Of a stretch of DNA of 64,000 nucleotides, positions 40,701 through 53,050 are shown in pieces; position 1 is the first letter of the stretch; every line of letters starts with the position of its first letter. Location: positions 73,263,630 through 73,327,629 of the forward strand of contig NC_086376.1 in assembly GCF_036588685.1 (NCBI RefSeq), read 5' to 3'. Below the pieces are notes generated by a model, which was not told the DNA's origin, did not search any database, and saw only the letters and a program-made list of their open reading frames with translations. This DNA comes from Mytilus trossulus. Its lineage: Eukaryota. The position numbers and the translations under genes were made by a program.

Positions 40701-42493
40701 AAGTTCGGGTTATTATTAAAATTAGGTCGTTAATAGCTCTGCATGAGACTCTTCAGAAGCATTTGATTAAAATATAATTAGTTATAGTCAAAGGTACCAG
40801 GATTATAATTTAGTAGCCAGACGCGCGTTTCGTTTACATAAAACTCATCAGTGACGCTCAAATCAACATAATAAGCTTTAGATCATACATATAAAATATA
40901 CTGAAATTAAAAGTGTAAATAAGACTACATTCTTATGGTATCTTTCTTTTAGTGAGTTATTTGCATCACACAAAAAAAAAAAAAAAAAAAAAAAACAAGC
41001 TGTCGGCTCCCTTTGAGCAAAGTTCACATTTGGAAAAAATTTGATATTATGTTAAGGTCATCTTTAAGTTGCAGCGCGTTTACATATTCCTGGTTTTCAA
41101 ATGTGTTGGCTGTTCTTAACTGATGAGAATAAATTTAGAAAAGCGCTTCAGAGGCAAACAATGTATAATTTTCATTTAAAGGGAATGAGTTATATGTGAT
41201 TGTAGTATAATATTTCTTTTATGCGCATAAAATATCATATTTTGAACTAAACATTGGAGTTGAGAATTTTAAAAACGCTTGAAGCAGTTAATCATCTTCA
41301 TTCCAGATAATGCAACTGTAATAAATCATTCGTACATGGGTGCTGGAGCAGCTAAGGTTAAAACAACAATGTATAGATTTCAATATGAACAAATGTTGGT
41401 TTACCTGACTGTCGCAGATGATGGCTGTGTTCCAATACTTTACGAGGGTGCAGGAATGAACCAAAAAGGAGGTATTAACATCCTGTTAAGAGTCACATAT
41501 ATTTATTTTATATAATGAAACAACTACACATCATACTACATAGTCCAAACTATTTAAATATAAAAACACATGTATGTATACGAATAATGGCATTGACATA
41601 AAGAAATTGAAATATTTATTTACCTCAAAATGCTGCATAATCCTAATTTTTTTTTTATAGAATCTGTTAAAATGGGTATACAGTATATGGGAATTGAAGC
41701 AGTTGCGTCTGATCCATCAGTATTTAGTTTACCAGCCAGTTGTGTAAGTATATTTAGTCGGACTTTTGTTATTAATATTTTTCGTTAAATTATTCTAAAT
41801 TAAAGAATATATTTCTATAATGCAAAGCACGGATTCCTTCCCCGGCATTGGCTTCATTATTATTTTTCCTTTTTGAATTATAGCCCTTTATATTTATATA
41901 AAGATTTGACTTTTCCGATATGTTGACCTAGAGCAGGACAAAAAGATACCCTTATTGTCGAAATATGCATCTGGTGCAGTGAATATATTAGGCAAAAGTA
42001 GTTTACCTGTGCTCAAATCTCGCAAATCGATTAAGGAGGTAAGAGGCATATTCAGAGGGGTGTATAGGATGGCCACCCTTTTCTGTGAAAAAATGGTTGA
42101 TTATATTGGGAATAACTTAAGCATGACCGGAGCGGTCCCCTCTTAAGCAGTCAGTGGGCCACCACATATGAAAATTTCTGGATCCGCCACTGAGAAGAGA
42201 CAAATCTTGGTTCCATAAAATCACTTTATTTTAAAATAACGGTATAATCGATACCAGAAACTAAATCCTCAAAAAAGGGTAAACACTATCATGACTATGT
42301 AGAATTGCTGGCAGTTACTGAGGTAACATGTAATTATAGAATATGTTCTAGATTGATCTTTTTCATTAAATACAACTTTTCTTTTTTTTAATATGCGATC
42401 CATACTTGTTTTTTTTTTAAATACAACAAACTCATTGTAACAATGATGATGATAATAATTTTGCCTTTTATTTCATTGTAGAGTATGCTGTGA
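37774..42493 (+). CDS. Ependymin-related protein B (193 aa)
   Basis: Exons 37774-37905, 39551-39664, 40403-40478, 41307-41471, 41661-41743 and 42482-42493 (SML*). Signal peptide, CCPPKQWRG, EPGCIP, DDGCVP and DPSVFSLPASC are present. TATA-like element at ~37732 and AATAAA at 42545. Confidence 0.92.
38517..39135. mobile_element. Intact TTAA-flanked non-autonomous DNA transposon (Kolobok-like) in EPDR-B intron 1
   Basis: Perfect 17-bp TIR GGGCATACGATACAGTT / AACTGTATCGTATGCCC, with TTAA on both sides. Confidence 0.85.
40815..40857 (-). ncRNA. Type I minimal hammerhead ribozyme motif (antisense, in EPDR-B intron 3)
   Basis: GCGTCA-CTGATGA-GTTT(tatgt)AAAC-GAAA-CGCGCG-TC-TGGC, with an intact core. 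Confidence 0.8.
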
Positions 42494-43099
42494 TGTGTTA
42501 AGTGTAGTGATTGCTGAGTGATTAATACGGGTATACCTTTTTCGAATAAAATTAACAAATATGTGTACAGTTATGATTTTGCATTTTTACCATCATATAT
42601 AGATATATTCACAGCGATTAGATACCCTTATGAATAAATTGGAGACTTAGACAAACACAAATCTTTATCTTTTTGTCAACTACTTCTTTGAGGAGTTCAG
42701 TTATATTGCACATATGTGTTGACACGAATTATTATGTCCCTATCATTGAAATGGTAATAATTTTCTATTTCCATTATATTTACATACTTAGGATTTTCTA
42801 CAAAACGAATACATAACATTACCTGTATATCGACAAAAACTTTTGGAAATTTGGGTCCTAAATGCTCTTCGTTTTCGTACTTTATATTAGGACTTTTAAA
42901 CTTTTTTTTTAAATTAAAGAATTTTTTTTTACATCCTTTTAATCATATTATCTATGATTTGGTTATGTGTACGGTCAGTCAAAACAGAATTGCAGTTTTG
43001 TTTTCGTTTTTGCTGCAAAGCAGTGATTTTTCTATCGTATATAAGTTTTCAAAATTAAAAGCAAAAAAGCAAAAAGCAAAAAGCAAAACTGATTAAAAA

Positions 43100-43480
43100 T
43101 CATCCTTCGAGGGATACGATAGCACATATCTGGTGATATGCTTATTCGGTAAGTCACATTCTGGGACAAAGGGAATGGAAGTGTTGTAACGATAGTCGGA
43201 ACATATCCTTCGTCATTTATGAAATAGATATTCAATAACGGTCAACCAACTCGTACTGACGCCGTTAAATTTGCAAAGGGATGATTTTAACTTCACCAAT
43301 AGGAACTTTTGGTTTATTTGCTTGCTCAAAGAAATCATGATAGGAAATACAAGCACTTGAATATCATATCAACTGGGAGTAATATTCTCCAAATAGAGGG
43401 AATGCTGGAAAGTTGCTAAAACGAAATTGATAATTCACAATTGGGAAGCTGAAATTATCGCTTTGCTAATTTACACTTAC
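43100..43480 (-). mobile_element. PLE-like RT 3' fragment
   Basis: Minus strand encodes DFSFPIVN..SNFPAFPLFGEYYSQLI.YSSACISYHDF-like motifs, collinear with the other PLE relics. Confidence 0.6.
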
Positions 43481-43539
43481 CATTCTTATAAAATAAATCA
43501 GGAGTAGTTGTTTAGGGTTTCAGAAGAACAAACCTTTAA

Positions 43540-44102
43540 TAAGAACTAAGGTTTCAACTCCCTCAGGCAAAGTTGGCTTTAGATGAATTTGGCTATTTAT
43601 TTTAGGTATTTTTTGACATAAAGCTCTTCAACGGTTTCGGTACTTATACATCGTCGGATTTCAAATGTTTTGCTTTGAGCGTTCCCGATGAAGGTAAATC
43701 CAGAAAAGCGCTTCGGACGCAAGAAATTAATAACGTGTTGTTTTCAATATTTTACACCACTGGGTCGATACCTCTGCTGGTGGACTATCAGTCCCCGAGG
43801 GTATCATCAGCTCGTAGTCAGTATTTCGGTACTGACATGATTTAACAAACTTTACTAAAATTGTCCGTTTATAAATTTATAAATTATTAAGAAACTAAGG
43901 TTTCAACTCCCTCAGGCAAAGTTGGCTTTATATGAATTTGGCTATTTATTTTAGGTATTTTTTGACATACAGCTCTTCTACGGCTCGGTACTTATACATC
44001 TTCGGATTTCAAATGTTTGGCTTTGAGCGTTCCTGATGAAGGTAAATCCAGAAAAGCGCTTCGGACGCAAGAAATTAATAACGTGTTGTTTTCAATATTT
44101 TA
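43540..44102 (+). ncRNA. Retrozyme-like tandem array: 348-nt monomer (about 1.6 copies) delimited by two hammerhead motifs
   Basis: Near-identical direct repeat with period 348. Each copy has GCGTTC-C(T/C)GATGA-AGG(taaat)CCA-GAAA-AGCGCT-TC/GGACGC. Predicted cleavage after 43714 and 44062. Confidence 0.8.
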
Positions 44103-47100
44103 ATCTTATCTTGTGATGTTGATCAGTATTACTGTGTTTCTCTATCTGTCATGTTTTTCAAGTGAGTCAATTGGTAAACTTTTTAATTAATAAATTTTGC
44201 TTTATGTCGTAGCTGTCAGATAATGTTTGTATAAATATAGAGTGTATGTAGATTTTGAATATTTTGTCTCTTGGATTGTCTTTATGTTTAATGGTTTTCA
44301 CAATATTAGATAATCGTCTTTAATATAGGACACTTATTTACAACACTTTCGAACAAAACCAACTGTCAAAAAAACAATTAAAAGATATTTGAAATAGATA
44401 AACTAATTACTCTTAGTTTACTACATGTATATATGAAAATTGTTTTTTATTCTTCTTGAGCATCATCCGCAGTTTTAAATAGGATCTGCGGTCCTCAGTT
44501 TATCGTTTTATATACAGTGTCTTTTTGACTGGTGTTTTTACTTTCGTCGCTGCTTAGTTTACTACCGTATGTAGTCGGTTTATCTTTATTAATTAGTTTT
44601 GGTATCCTCTTTTGTCCCCACACCTTATCAATATAATGGTTTTTGTGCGACTGTCATACAAGTTAGAGATTTAGCTAGCTATAAATAAAGACAACAATAG
44701 TATAACGATGTTTAAAAGTCATAAATCGTTTGAGGGAAAACAAATCTGGGTTACAAACCAAAACCACGAGAAACACATCTACTAAAACCTGGTTTAATCC
44801 ACAATTTCTTCATAGGGAAATGCCTGTACCAAGTACTAAGATAGTTGTTTTACATTCGTTTGATATTATAGAGATTTTGATTTTGATTTTGCCGTTTGAT
44901 AATAGCCTTTCCGATTTGAATTTTTCTTGGAGTTCATTTTGTAAAACAAATATTTTTTCGGGGGGGGGGTCGTTCGCCTCTTTTAAAGATTTTTAAAATA
45001 CTTTTTATGACGAGTCTTCAGTCAAACTAACCCAAATATTTTGTCAAATTTTCTTATGAATGTATAATTCCTAAATTTCATATATTAAGGACACATAAAA
45101 AGTTTGTACTAAGGGCTAATTTATTAGATTGGGCATACATTTTGAATATCTGTGTTACGATTAACGGTTATGTGGAGTTTAAATGTTTAACCCCATGTCA
45201 AATAATTCTTCGAGGCTGTAAATTAATCTGCCTGCTAAGATAAGTAAATACAACAAAAATCACAACTCTACTAATAAACAAGCCAATGACAAAAAAGAAG
45301 GTTGTAGAAAATTTTTGTATTCATGTACGAACAGGGGGTGAAAGGTACCAGAGGAACAGTACAACTCATAGATCGATAACAAACCGACAACACCATGGCT
45401 AAAAAATAAAAAGACAAACAGACAAACAATAGTACACAAAACACAACATAGTAAAGCAAAGACCGAGCAAAACGAGCCCCACCAAAAACAGGGGCGATCC
45501 CATGCGCTCCGGATTGGTAATCAGATCATGCTCCATATGTGGCATTCGTCATGTTATTACAAACCAAGTAAATTTGATGTTGTCAATTTATTTTCGATTA
45601 AAAAATTTAAATGTTCCTCTGGTGTCTTTTCTTTTCTTTTCTTTTACACAATCTGCAGACACCATTGCACGTTGTAATTAGGACAGGATCTGTATACCGG
45701 TACATGTTATGGTAAAAGAAAAAGTAGAAAGTAATTTTTTTTTTTATTAAATTATGATACTAAGATCAATTCGTTTAAAGAAAGTTAACAGATGTCCATT
45801 CAATAAAAATGTCACATATTTATATCGTTCAAATTTGATTATGATAAGACACTGCGTCATATAAAGGCAACATATAGAATGAAGTAAATATAAGCAGCAT
45901 TTGTCGAAATTTGACGTCAGAATGTAAACGTCACACAGGTAGATATATAAAATAATGTTGTCATTCAGAGTATTTTCAAAATTATAATAGAACAATAGGA
46001 TATATATAAAGTACAGAGTCACGTCATATGTACAAAAGCGCATTTTGACTTCATAAAAACTCATATGTGACGATCGATTTCAAAACGTTAACAAGTATAA
46101 GTTATGTACTAAATATAAAAAAAAGAAGATGTGTTATGATTGCCAATGAGACATCTCTCCACAAGAAACCAAAATGACACAGAAATTAACAAGAATAGGT
46201 CACCGTACGGCTTTTAACAATGAGCAAAGCCCATACGGCATAGTCCGCTATAATTTGATTAGCATGGAAGACCCAACATTCCGAACGGTTTTGCCAGTTA
46301 CATATAATATAATCTATTTCTTGTGAATAGAATCATAAGCACATACATTTTGTGAACAATTATAATTATGACCATATCAATGATTTTTTTTTAAGTAAAC
46401 ACGTCAGAAATTCATTAATAAATGTCTATTTGAATTTACTTCCTGCAAGATTTGACTTCTAAACTTTGGGTGGTTTACAGTAACTTATAGACATAACAGC
46501 GAGTAAGCTTGTATTGCTGAAGATTAATTAATGTATTGATATGAAATACACCAAAACAAGTAAGTGAATCCGGCTTATTTTCTACCTCTAATTGGCATTA
46601 TCACTGAACAAGTAGATACATTTATTTAGGGGCCAGATGAAGGACGCCTCCGGGTGCGGGAATTTCTCGCTGCATTGAAGACCTATTGGTGATCTTCCGC
46701 TGTTGTATTTTATATTGTCGGGTTGTTTTCTCTTTGACACATTCCTTATTTCCATTCTCAATTTTATTACAAAGCATTCAAATACCTTTCTTAGAAGAAG
46801 ATTGATAATTCTTCAATTTACATGTCTCCATATTCACTTATTGTATGTTCTTGATACTTATCAAACATACTATTTGTTCTTACAGTTTTCTATTTTTCTA
46901 AGAGAACATAATGAAGATTGAGAAAACATGATCTCGAGGGTACTTGTTTTCTGCCTTTTAATAACATAAATAATTGTTATGTTATATTAATAAATATAAA
47001 GATCCATAACAGTATCACACGATTTTTTATACAAAGATAGACAACTCTAATATTCATTGAGTTTTAAAAAAATCCTTCATATGTTTTATGAAAATTAATG

Positions 47101-48453
47101 TAGCAACCATTACAACAGTATTAACTTACTGCATCGGATGCACATTTTGTCAATTAAGATCTCTTCGGTGATGATCGATGCCAAACTATCTGAATATCTT
47201 AACTTCTTTAAAAGAAATCTGTTTTAATAAAAGCTATGAAATATATGAGCTTTTTCTAAAGACCAATGAAGATATTTCACAATAAGATGCAACTTATCGC
47301 TAATTATTTATACACTAAGACATGGAAATGCATAAAACACAATGACATTTAAACCACTCCTATTCCGACTATCTAATTCTTTAAAACGATATGTTGAAAT
47401 GGTGTATGTCTCAAAAGTTCCTTTATTGTTTTTTCAGGGGGGTGGATCGTGACCCTTTGCTAGCAAAATGTAGAAATTTTTTATTTAATTGACCCCACTG
47501 CCTGAATAGTCCTCGTCACAATATTTATGAATTCCATCAAAGGAAAGTCGAAAATCGTGACTACCGGGTTTTATAAGCTTGGTGCAATTACCATAGGAAA
47601 ATTCACAAAAAAGGAAAAAACATTGAGAAAATCTTAGCAGGCGCCCAAATAACTGCCTAGTAACTTTAAATATATAAACCTCGTTCACCTAATGGGTTAG
47701 ATAATTTAACATGACCACGCCCACAGCATCATCTAAGTTCAGCTTTTCGTTATGTTTTTTCGTTCTTTTTTGTCTTTGTTACATCATTTTACTTACCTTT
47801 TGATAAAAGTGTTAAACAATTGTTTGACTTATATTTTGTTTTACTGTAATATACTTAATCTTTACATGTTCATATCAACCAGGGCACTGATTCATACAAA
47901 GATATTTTGTTCATTCATAAAAGAACCTGTGACAATCTTTATCTTTCATTTTATGTGTAATAGATTTATAAAACAATACTTCGTCATTTTGGGGCCTTTT
48001 ATAGCTGACTATATAATATATGCTTCGTTAATTTTTGAAGGCCGTACGGTGGCCTATAGTTGTTAATTTCAAATGCATTTAGTCGCTTGTAGAAATTTTT
48101 TTCCATAGCTCATTGGCAATAGAACCACATCTTCTTATTTTCATATTGTGTGAAAATATAAATCTGCTTGTTTTGTCTACAACATCCTTAGAAAGTTTTG
48201 CAAACGTTTGATTTAAAATTATGACCATATCAATGATAATTCAAATGAAAGTGTTTGGAAATATCAAAACATATCATATCAGCTGTAAAAGAGGGACGAA
48301 AAATACCAGAGGGACAGTCAAACTCATAAATCAACAATAAACTGACAACGCCATGGCTAAAAATGAAAAGGAAAAGGACAAAAAGACAAATAATAGAACA
48401 CATACCACAACATAGAAAACTAAAGAGTGTAAAATTAGTATGCAATACTTTTG

Positions 48454-48863
48454 TAATAGAGGTCGTATAAAAACGTATCAACCGTATCATAAACGTTGAC
48501 GTACAATCATCTTCAGATATACAAGAGGGACAAAAGATACCAAAGGGACAGTCAAACTCATAAATCTAAAACAAACTGACAACGCCATGGCTAAAAATGA
48601 AAAACTGTTATGTGATCCCGAGCTAAAGACTAATATAGTTTTTCCCTGTCACTCTGGTATCTTACGTCCCTCTTTTCCAACAATTTAGTCAGCTACGCAA
48701 TCAAATACTAGCAATTGAAAACAATCAGTTGCCCATTTGCATTATTGAAAGTATATACAAGTAAAGCTCGGGATCACATAATGTTTATTGGTAAATCTGC
48801 AAATGCGTATACGTCAACGTATCTGATACGATTTGTACGTCTGCAAATGACAGACCTCTATTA
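48454..48863. mobile_element. MITE with long imperfect TIRs and an inner inverted repeat, just 3' of the cGLR gene
   Basis: TAATAGAGGTC..CGTATCA..ACGTTGACGTA is mirrored at 48808-48863. Inner perfect IR TATGTGATCCCGAGCT (48609) / AGCTCGGGATCACATA (48765). Contains a short repeat insertion at 48521-48604. Confidence 0.7.
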
Positions 48864-49071
48864 ACACTTGTTTGAAATTCTCAATGAAGACGAAACGTGC
48901 GCCTGGCGTATCAAATTTTAAGCTTGGTACCATATAATCTTATTGTTTTTCTAATCCAAAAAAAAAAAATAACCTTTCATAAATATTATTGATGCAAAGT
49001 TATTCTGGGAAAAATAACATTATTTGATATTTAAGACTTCCCATCGACAGTACGAATTGCATCTGTTTGTA

Positions 49072-51968
49072 TCACTTCCGTCTTTTTATTGCTAAGTCAA
49101 GAAGGAGGTTCGTCATCATATCCAATGCTTTAATATAGGGATGCTCCATGTACTCGTCACGGACTTCATAGCTGTCAGGGAATGCGACGGTTGGACGGCA
49201 ATAAACGAATGCACAGTTTTCAGTAGCGAACCAAGTTTTCAGTCTATGTAATATTTTCAGTGCCCAAATGTGAATATAACCAGTTCTATTTCTTAATGAA
49301 CACGCTAGATTGTACCTCATTAGTCGTAATGCTATTTCGTGACTTGGTGTATAGCAGCTATGAGATACCATTTGGTCATTAAGAAGACCATACGACAGAT
49401 GTGGGTCGAGTTCAAAGAACAAAGCATTCTTCAACATATATGATGTAATAATTTCGGGACTGCAAAATGATCCTGAATCACAGAAACTCCGCAAAGACTT
49501 TATCAATTTATATGCATCTTTTACTTCTGTCATTAGCCGCATTAGTATACATCTCTCTACATTTAGGAACGACAGACGAGCAAATTCGCTCTTTCGGCAA
49601 ATTACATGCCATTGATATTCCCTATGGCTAATAAAGTTTGTAACCGGAGAGGGAATCAAGTTTTGGATTACTTCAGGTATGTGTTGTTTAACAATTACAG
49701 GTACTAAATCAATATTTATGTTCAGATCTCGTGCTTCCAGTCCTATCCATTTTAATCGTAGGGGTGCAGTGAGAGAGCTCTCCACGACAAGATTTGTTTG
49801 TACCCATTCTACAGATTTTGCAATTGGAAGAACATTCCAATAAAACGGTGAATCTTTCCAAAAATCATTCGAATTGAGTACTGTATAAATGTAGGAATTA
49901 AATTTTTCGTAGATATTCCAGCTTAATGATTCCCCACTATGTACAATGTCTGTATCATTGTCTCTTTTCACGGTGATATCTTTACGAATATCTTTTATTG
50001 TCACTTCATTTGCTTGCTCAAAGGTATCGAAATAAAACCAAGGACTTAAATGTTTTAAATGAAACTGAAAGTCAAATTCATCAAGTGGTAGAATTTTTGT
50101 TTCCTCACTTATACTTCCTGCTAATTCTATCTCCGATTGAAAAATTTTATCGATTTCAGTCAAGTGCTCTGATATCTTATTAACCAATTTCTTGACATCT
50201 TCAAATATAGTGCGTTCAATGTTACTCATGATTAATGGTCCACAGTTATGATCATGCAGTAAAAGATCTACTAGATTTGCACCTTTTAAATCTTCTCTCT
50301 TGACATCTGTTGATTCCCAATACACAGATTCTTTCTCATATAATATGGTACTTCCATTTGCCCTGCATGTCTTGCAACACGAATATGGCAGCCCATTTTC
50401 TTGTAGTGGTTCTTTATTATATGCACATTTAAAATGCTGGTCCATCAATACTGCATTTGTTGATTCCCAATACACAGATTCTCTCTCATATAATATGGTA
50501 CTTCCATTTGCCCTGCATGTCTTGCAACACGAATATGGCAGCTCATTTTCTTGTAGTGGTTCTTTATTATATGCACATTTAAAATGCTGGTCCATCAATA
50601 CTGCATTCGTTAATATGTTAGAGGAGTCATAATCCCGAAGTGGTTTCCCTCGGTTATCGACAACATTCATATCAAATCCAAAAACATCCATGTAATTCAA
50701 TGCTGCAGTGTTGTTTTCAAATAAAGATAAGTGTTGGACACGTCTTCCGTAATTGTCTTGTTCATCTAAATCCTTCTTATCTATGATTTCAGATAGCAAT
50801 TTTAATGCAGACAATTCCTCTTCCTCATTTTTTATCTTGTAATTTCTCGAAGGATGTAAAACAGAATAATGTAAACAAGTCCTTCCAAATGTATCTCTGA
50901 CAGATGGTTGACCTCCTATAGTCAAAAGAAACTTCAACAAACGTGTAAATCTAAACCAACTAGCATAATGTAATATTGTACGACCATGTAAATCGGTTTG
51001 GTTACGGTCAAGTCCATATTTGGATAAAATTTCAACCTTTGTTATGATATCTGTTTGCATTTTTTCTTTGTCCAATCAGAAAGGCCTCGAACCAACAATC
51101 CGTGTATCGGAGGCAGTGGTAATGCACAGCATTTTGTTGATAACTTAATCTTAGGAGAACATCTTTCCATAAACATCTTGAGTTCTTCAGGTGTCAAAAG
51201 TAACAATAATTTATGAAAAGCTGTCACGATTCCTTGTGGTTCTGATATATTAATGTCCGCATTATGTTTTACTAACAACAGCACTATATCGAGACTCGTA
51301 TTACTTCCCTGTAAACAATGAGAGTATAACAAAGGTGTAAAGTCATCATCATCTCTACAATTTGCATCTGCTCCGAAAGACAAAAACAGAGATAGTAGAG
51401 GAAGATTAGCTGTTTCCATGGCCCAAAGCAATGGTCGATGTTCACTGTCACCGTTTGGGTTGGTATGATACGTTTGTATAAGTTCCCGAGCAAATTCTAT
51501 GATATCGGTTTGTGAAATATTGCCAACTTCATCACTTCCTCGAAGTCGACAAAGTTTACACAGAAAATGATTTCTGTAAGTGTTTACTTTCTGGCTAGTC
51601 TCATTTTTTGTCATTTCTAACCAACTTCTTATCTTATTGAGTTGATTGTATTGTCGGGGAAAACCTACTGTAAAGCATTTATTGTTTTGTTCTTGATCTG
51701 CATAAGGAATAATTTTTTGCAGAGGACTTTTATAACAATTTTCGTACAAATTAATTTCAGATGCATATGGTAAAAGTAAGCTCCATATTTCATCTACAAC
51801 TTTTTGATCAGCAGCCATATGCAGGATAGTTTTAAAGCCTCTTATCCTTGTATTTACTAGTTTTTCTTTAGTATTGTCTTGTAATGATAGAAGTTTTTCT
51901 TTGCATCCCTCAGTATCATTTTGAGTAACTAATGAGGCGAACGTCTGTAGGTCTGTCTTTGTCGACAT
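49072..51968 (-). CDS. Ankyrin-repeat / cGAS-like receptor (Mab-21 nucleotidyltransferase, cGLR), about 965 aa, split by one frameshift near 51060
   Basis: Ankyrin motifs: KTILHMAA, RPLLWAM..GADAN..DDDFTPL, ADIN, GRTILHYA, GRTCLHYS, GRRVQHLS, DNRGKP. NTase motif AGSISEETKILPLDEFDF, third acid in INIDLVP, and Mab-21 C-lobe motifs RLSFLNVER, YKLIK and SYMLKNALF. A splice acceptor at 51999-52000 implies a 5'-UTR intron. Confidence 0.88.
50308..50607 (-). repeat. In-frame 150-bp tandem duplication (2 x 50 aa) inside the cGLR CDS
   Basis: NAVLMDQHFKCAYNKEPLQEN(E/G)LPYSCCKTCRANGSTILYE(R/K)ESVYWEST occurs twice. Confidence 0.95.
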
Positions 51969-52659
51969 AGTTCTAGGTCAGAGAAGGAAGGTTAAAACCT
52001 AAAAGAACGCAAATGATTAAATTTAGTGTTAATCATAAATTGTTATCGTCGTTTTTTCTTTAGCAACTATTTTTTTACGTGTTTCAACGAAAGTTGCATT
52101 TGCAAATCAGCATTTCCCAACATTAACAATTTTTTAAAAGAACAGAATGATATATATTTGTATATGATGAAAAGGTTAAGTTATTATACAATTTATTTCA
52201 TTCATTTCTCTCTATCCAGCTTGAAGAAAATTTACCTGTAATCATAAATCTTTATTCTGTTTGTAATTATTACATTTAGGTGCATTTCCTATCTGTCCAT
52301 CACATTAATGAAAATGAATAATGTATGTAGATTGATTAGCATTTCAAGTGTAGCTGAATATTGCCACTATTAATAATGTGAGAATAATTTAATTTTAATA
52401 TATAAAGAAAACAAATTTACCATATAAACATGATAAACTTCGTATTGTATTGTCGTTAATACATCCGGTTCACATTCTTATAACAAGTATAATATTTCCG
52501 GTATTGTGTATCTAGCACAATACATAACAAATGACTAAATACATTAGGCTGAGGATATTATATTTGTATAGACGTGTATGTGTAAATTCATTTTGCACAT
52601 GTATATTTGAAATATCTTCAATATGTTGCAGTATGACATATCTACTTACAGTTGTTTCA

Positions 52660-53050
52660 AACATTTCTATGTAGCAACATCCCAGCCGCACCAGCATATG
52701 GAGTATATGTGTCTCAATTGATACGATACTCTATAGCTAGCTCAAAGTACGTTAATTTTGTTGAACAAGGAAATACTGCTTTCTCAAAAATTGCTAAGAC
52801 AGGGCTATGAATTAATCAAATTAAGATCAGCACTCAAGAAATGTTACGGTCGCCATCATGAGCTGATTGGCCATTATGACAAAAGTACGTCAGAAATCAT
52901 ATCTGATATTCTTCATCAGTCATAATAACCTTCCATCATAACCGGACTAAACAAAGAAATAACACGACAAGTGTCGTATACGGTGTAGGAAATGCTTACC
53001 TTCTGGAGCACCCGATTTCACTCCCGGTTTTTAGTGGAGTTCGTGTTTTT
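52660..53050 (+). mobile_element. PLE-like RT 3' end, well preserved
   Basis: FLCSNIPAAPAYGVYVSQLIRYS...LLSQKLLRQGY...YGRHHELIGHYD, followed by a TGCTTACC..GGAGCACC..CCCGGTTTTT tail. Confidence 0.75.

Noticed and set aside
49072-51075. Bacterial CBASS CD-NTase or horizontal transfer
   Set aside because: Motifs are metazoan Mab-21/cGAS type, there is an upstream spliceosomal acceptor, composition is host-like, and there is no operon or effector gene.
49998-51493. Small ORFs 49998-50183(+), 50300-50632(+) and 51284-51493(-)
   Set aside because: Antisense or alternate-frame shadows of the cGLR CDS.
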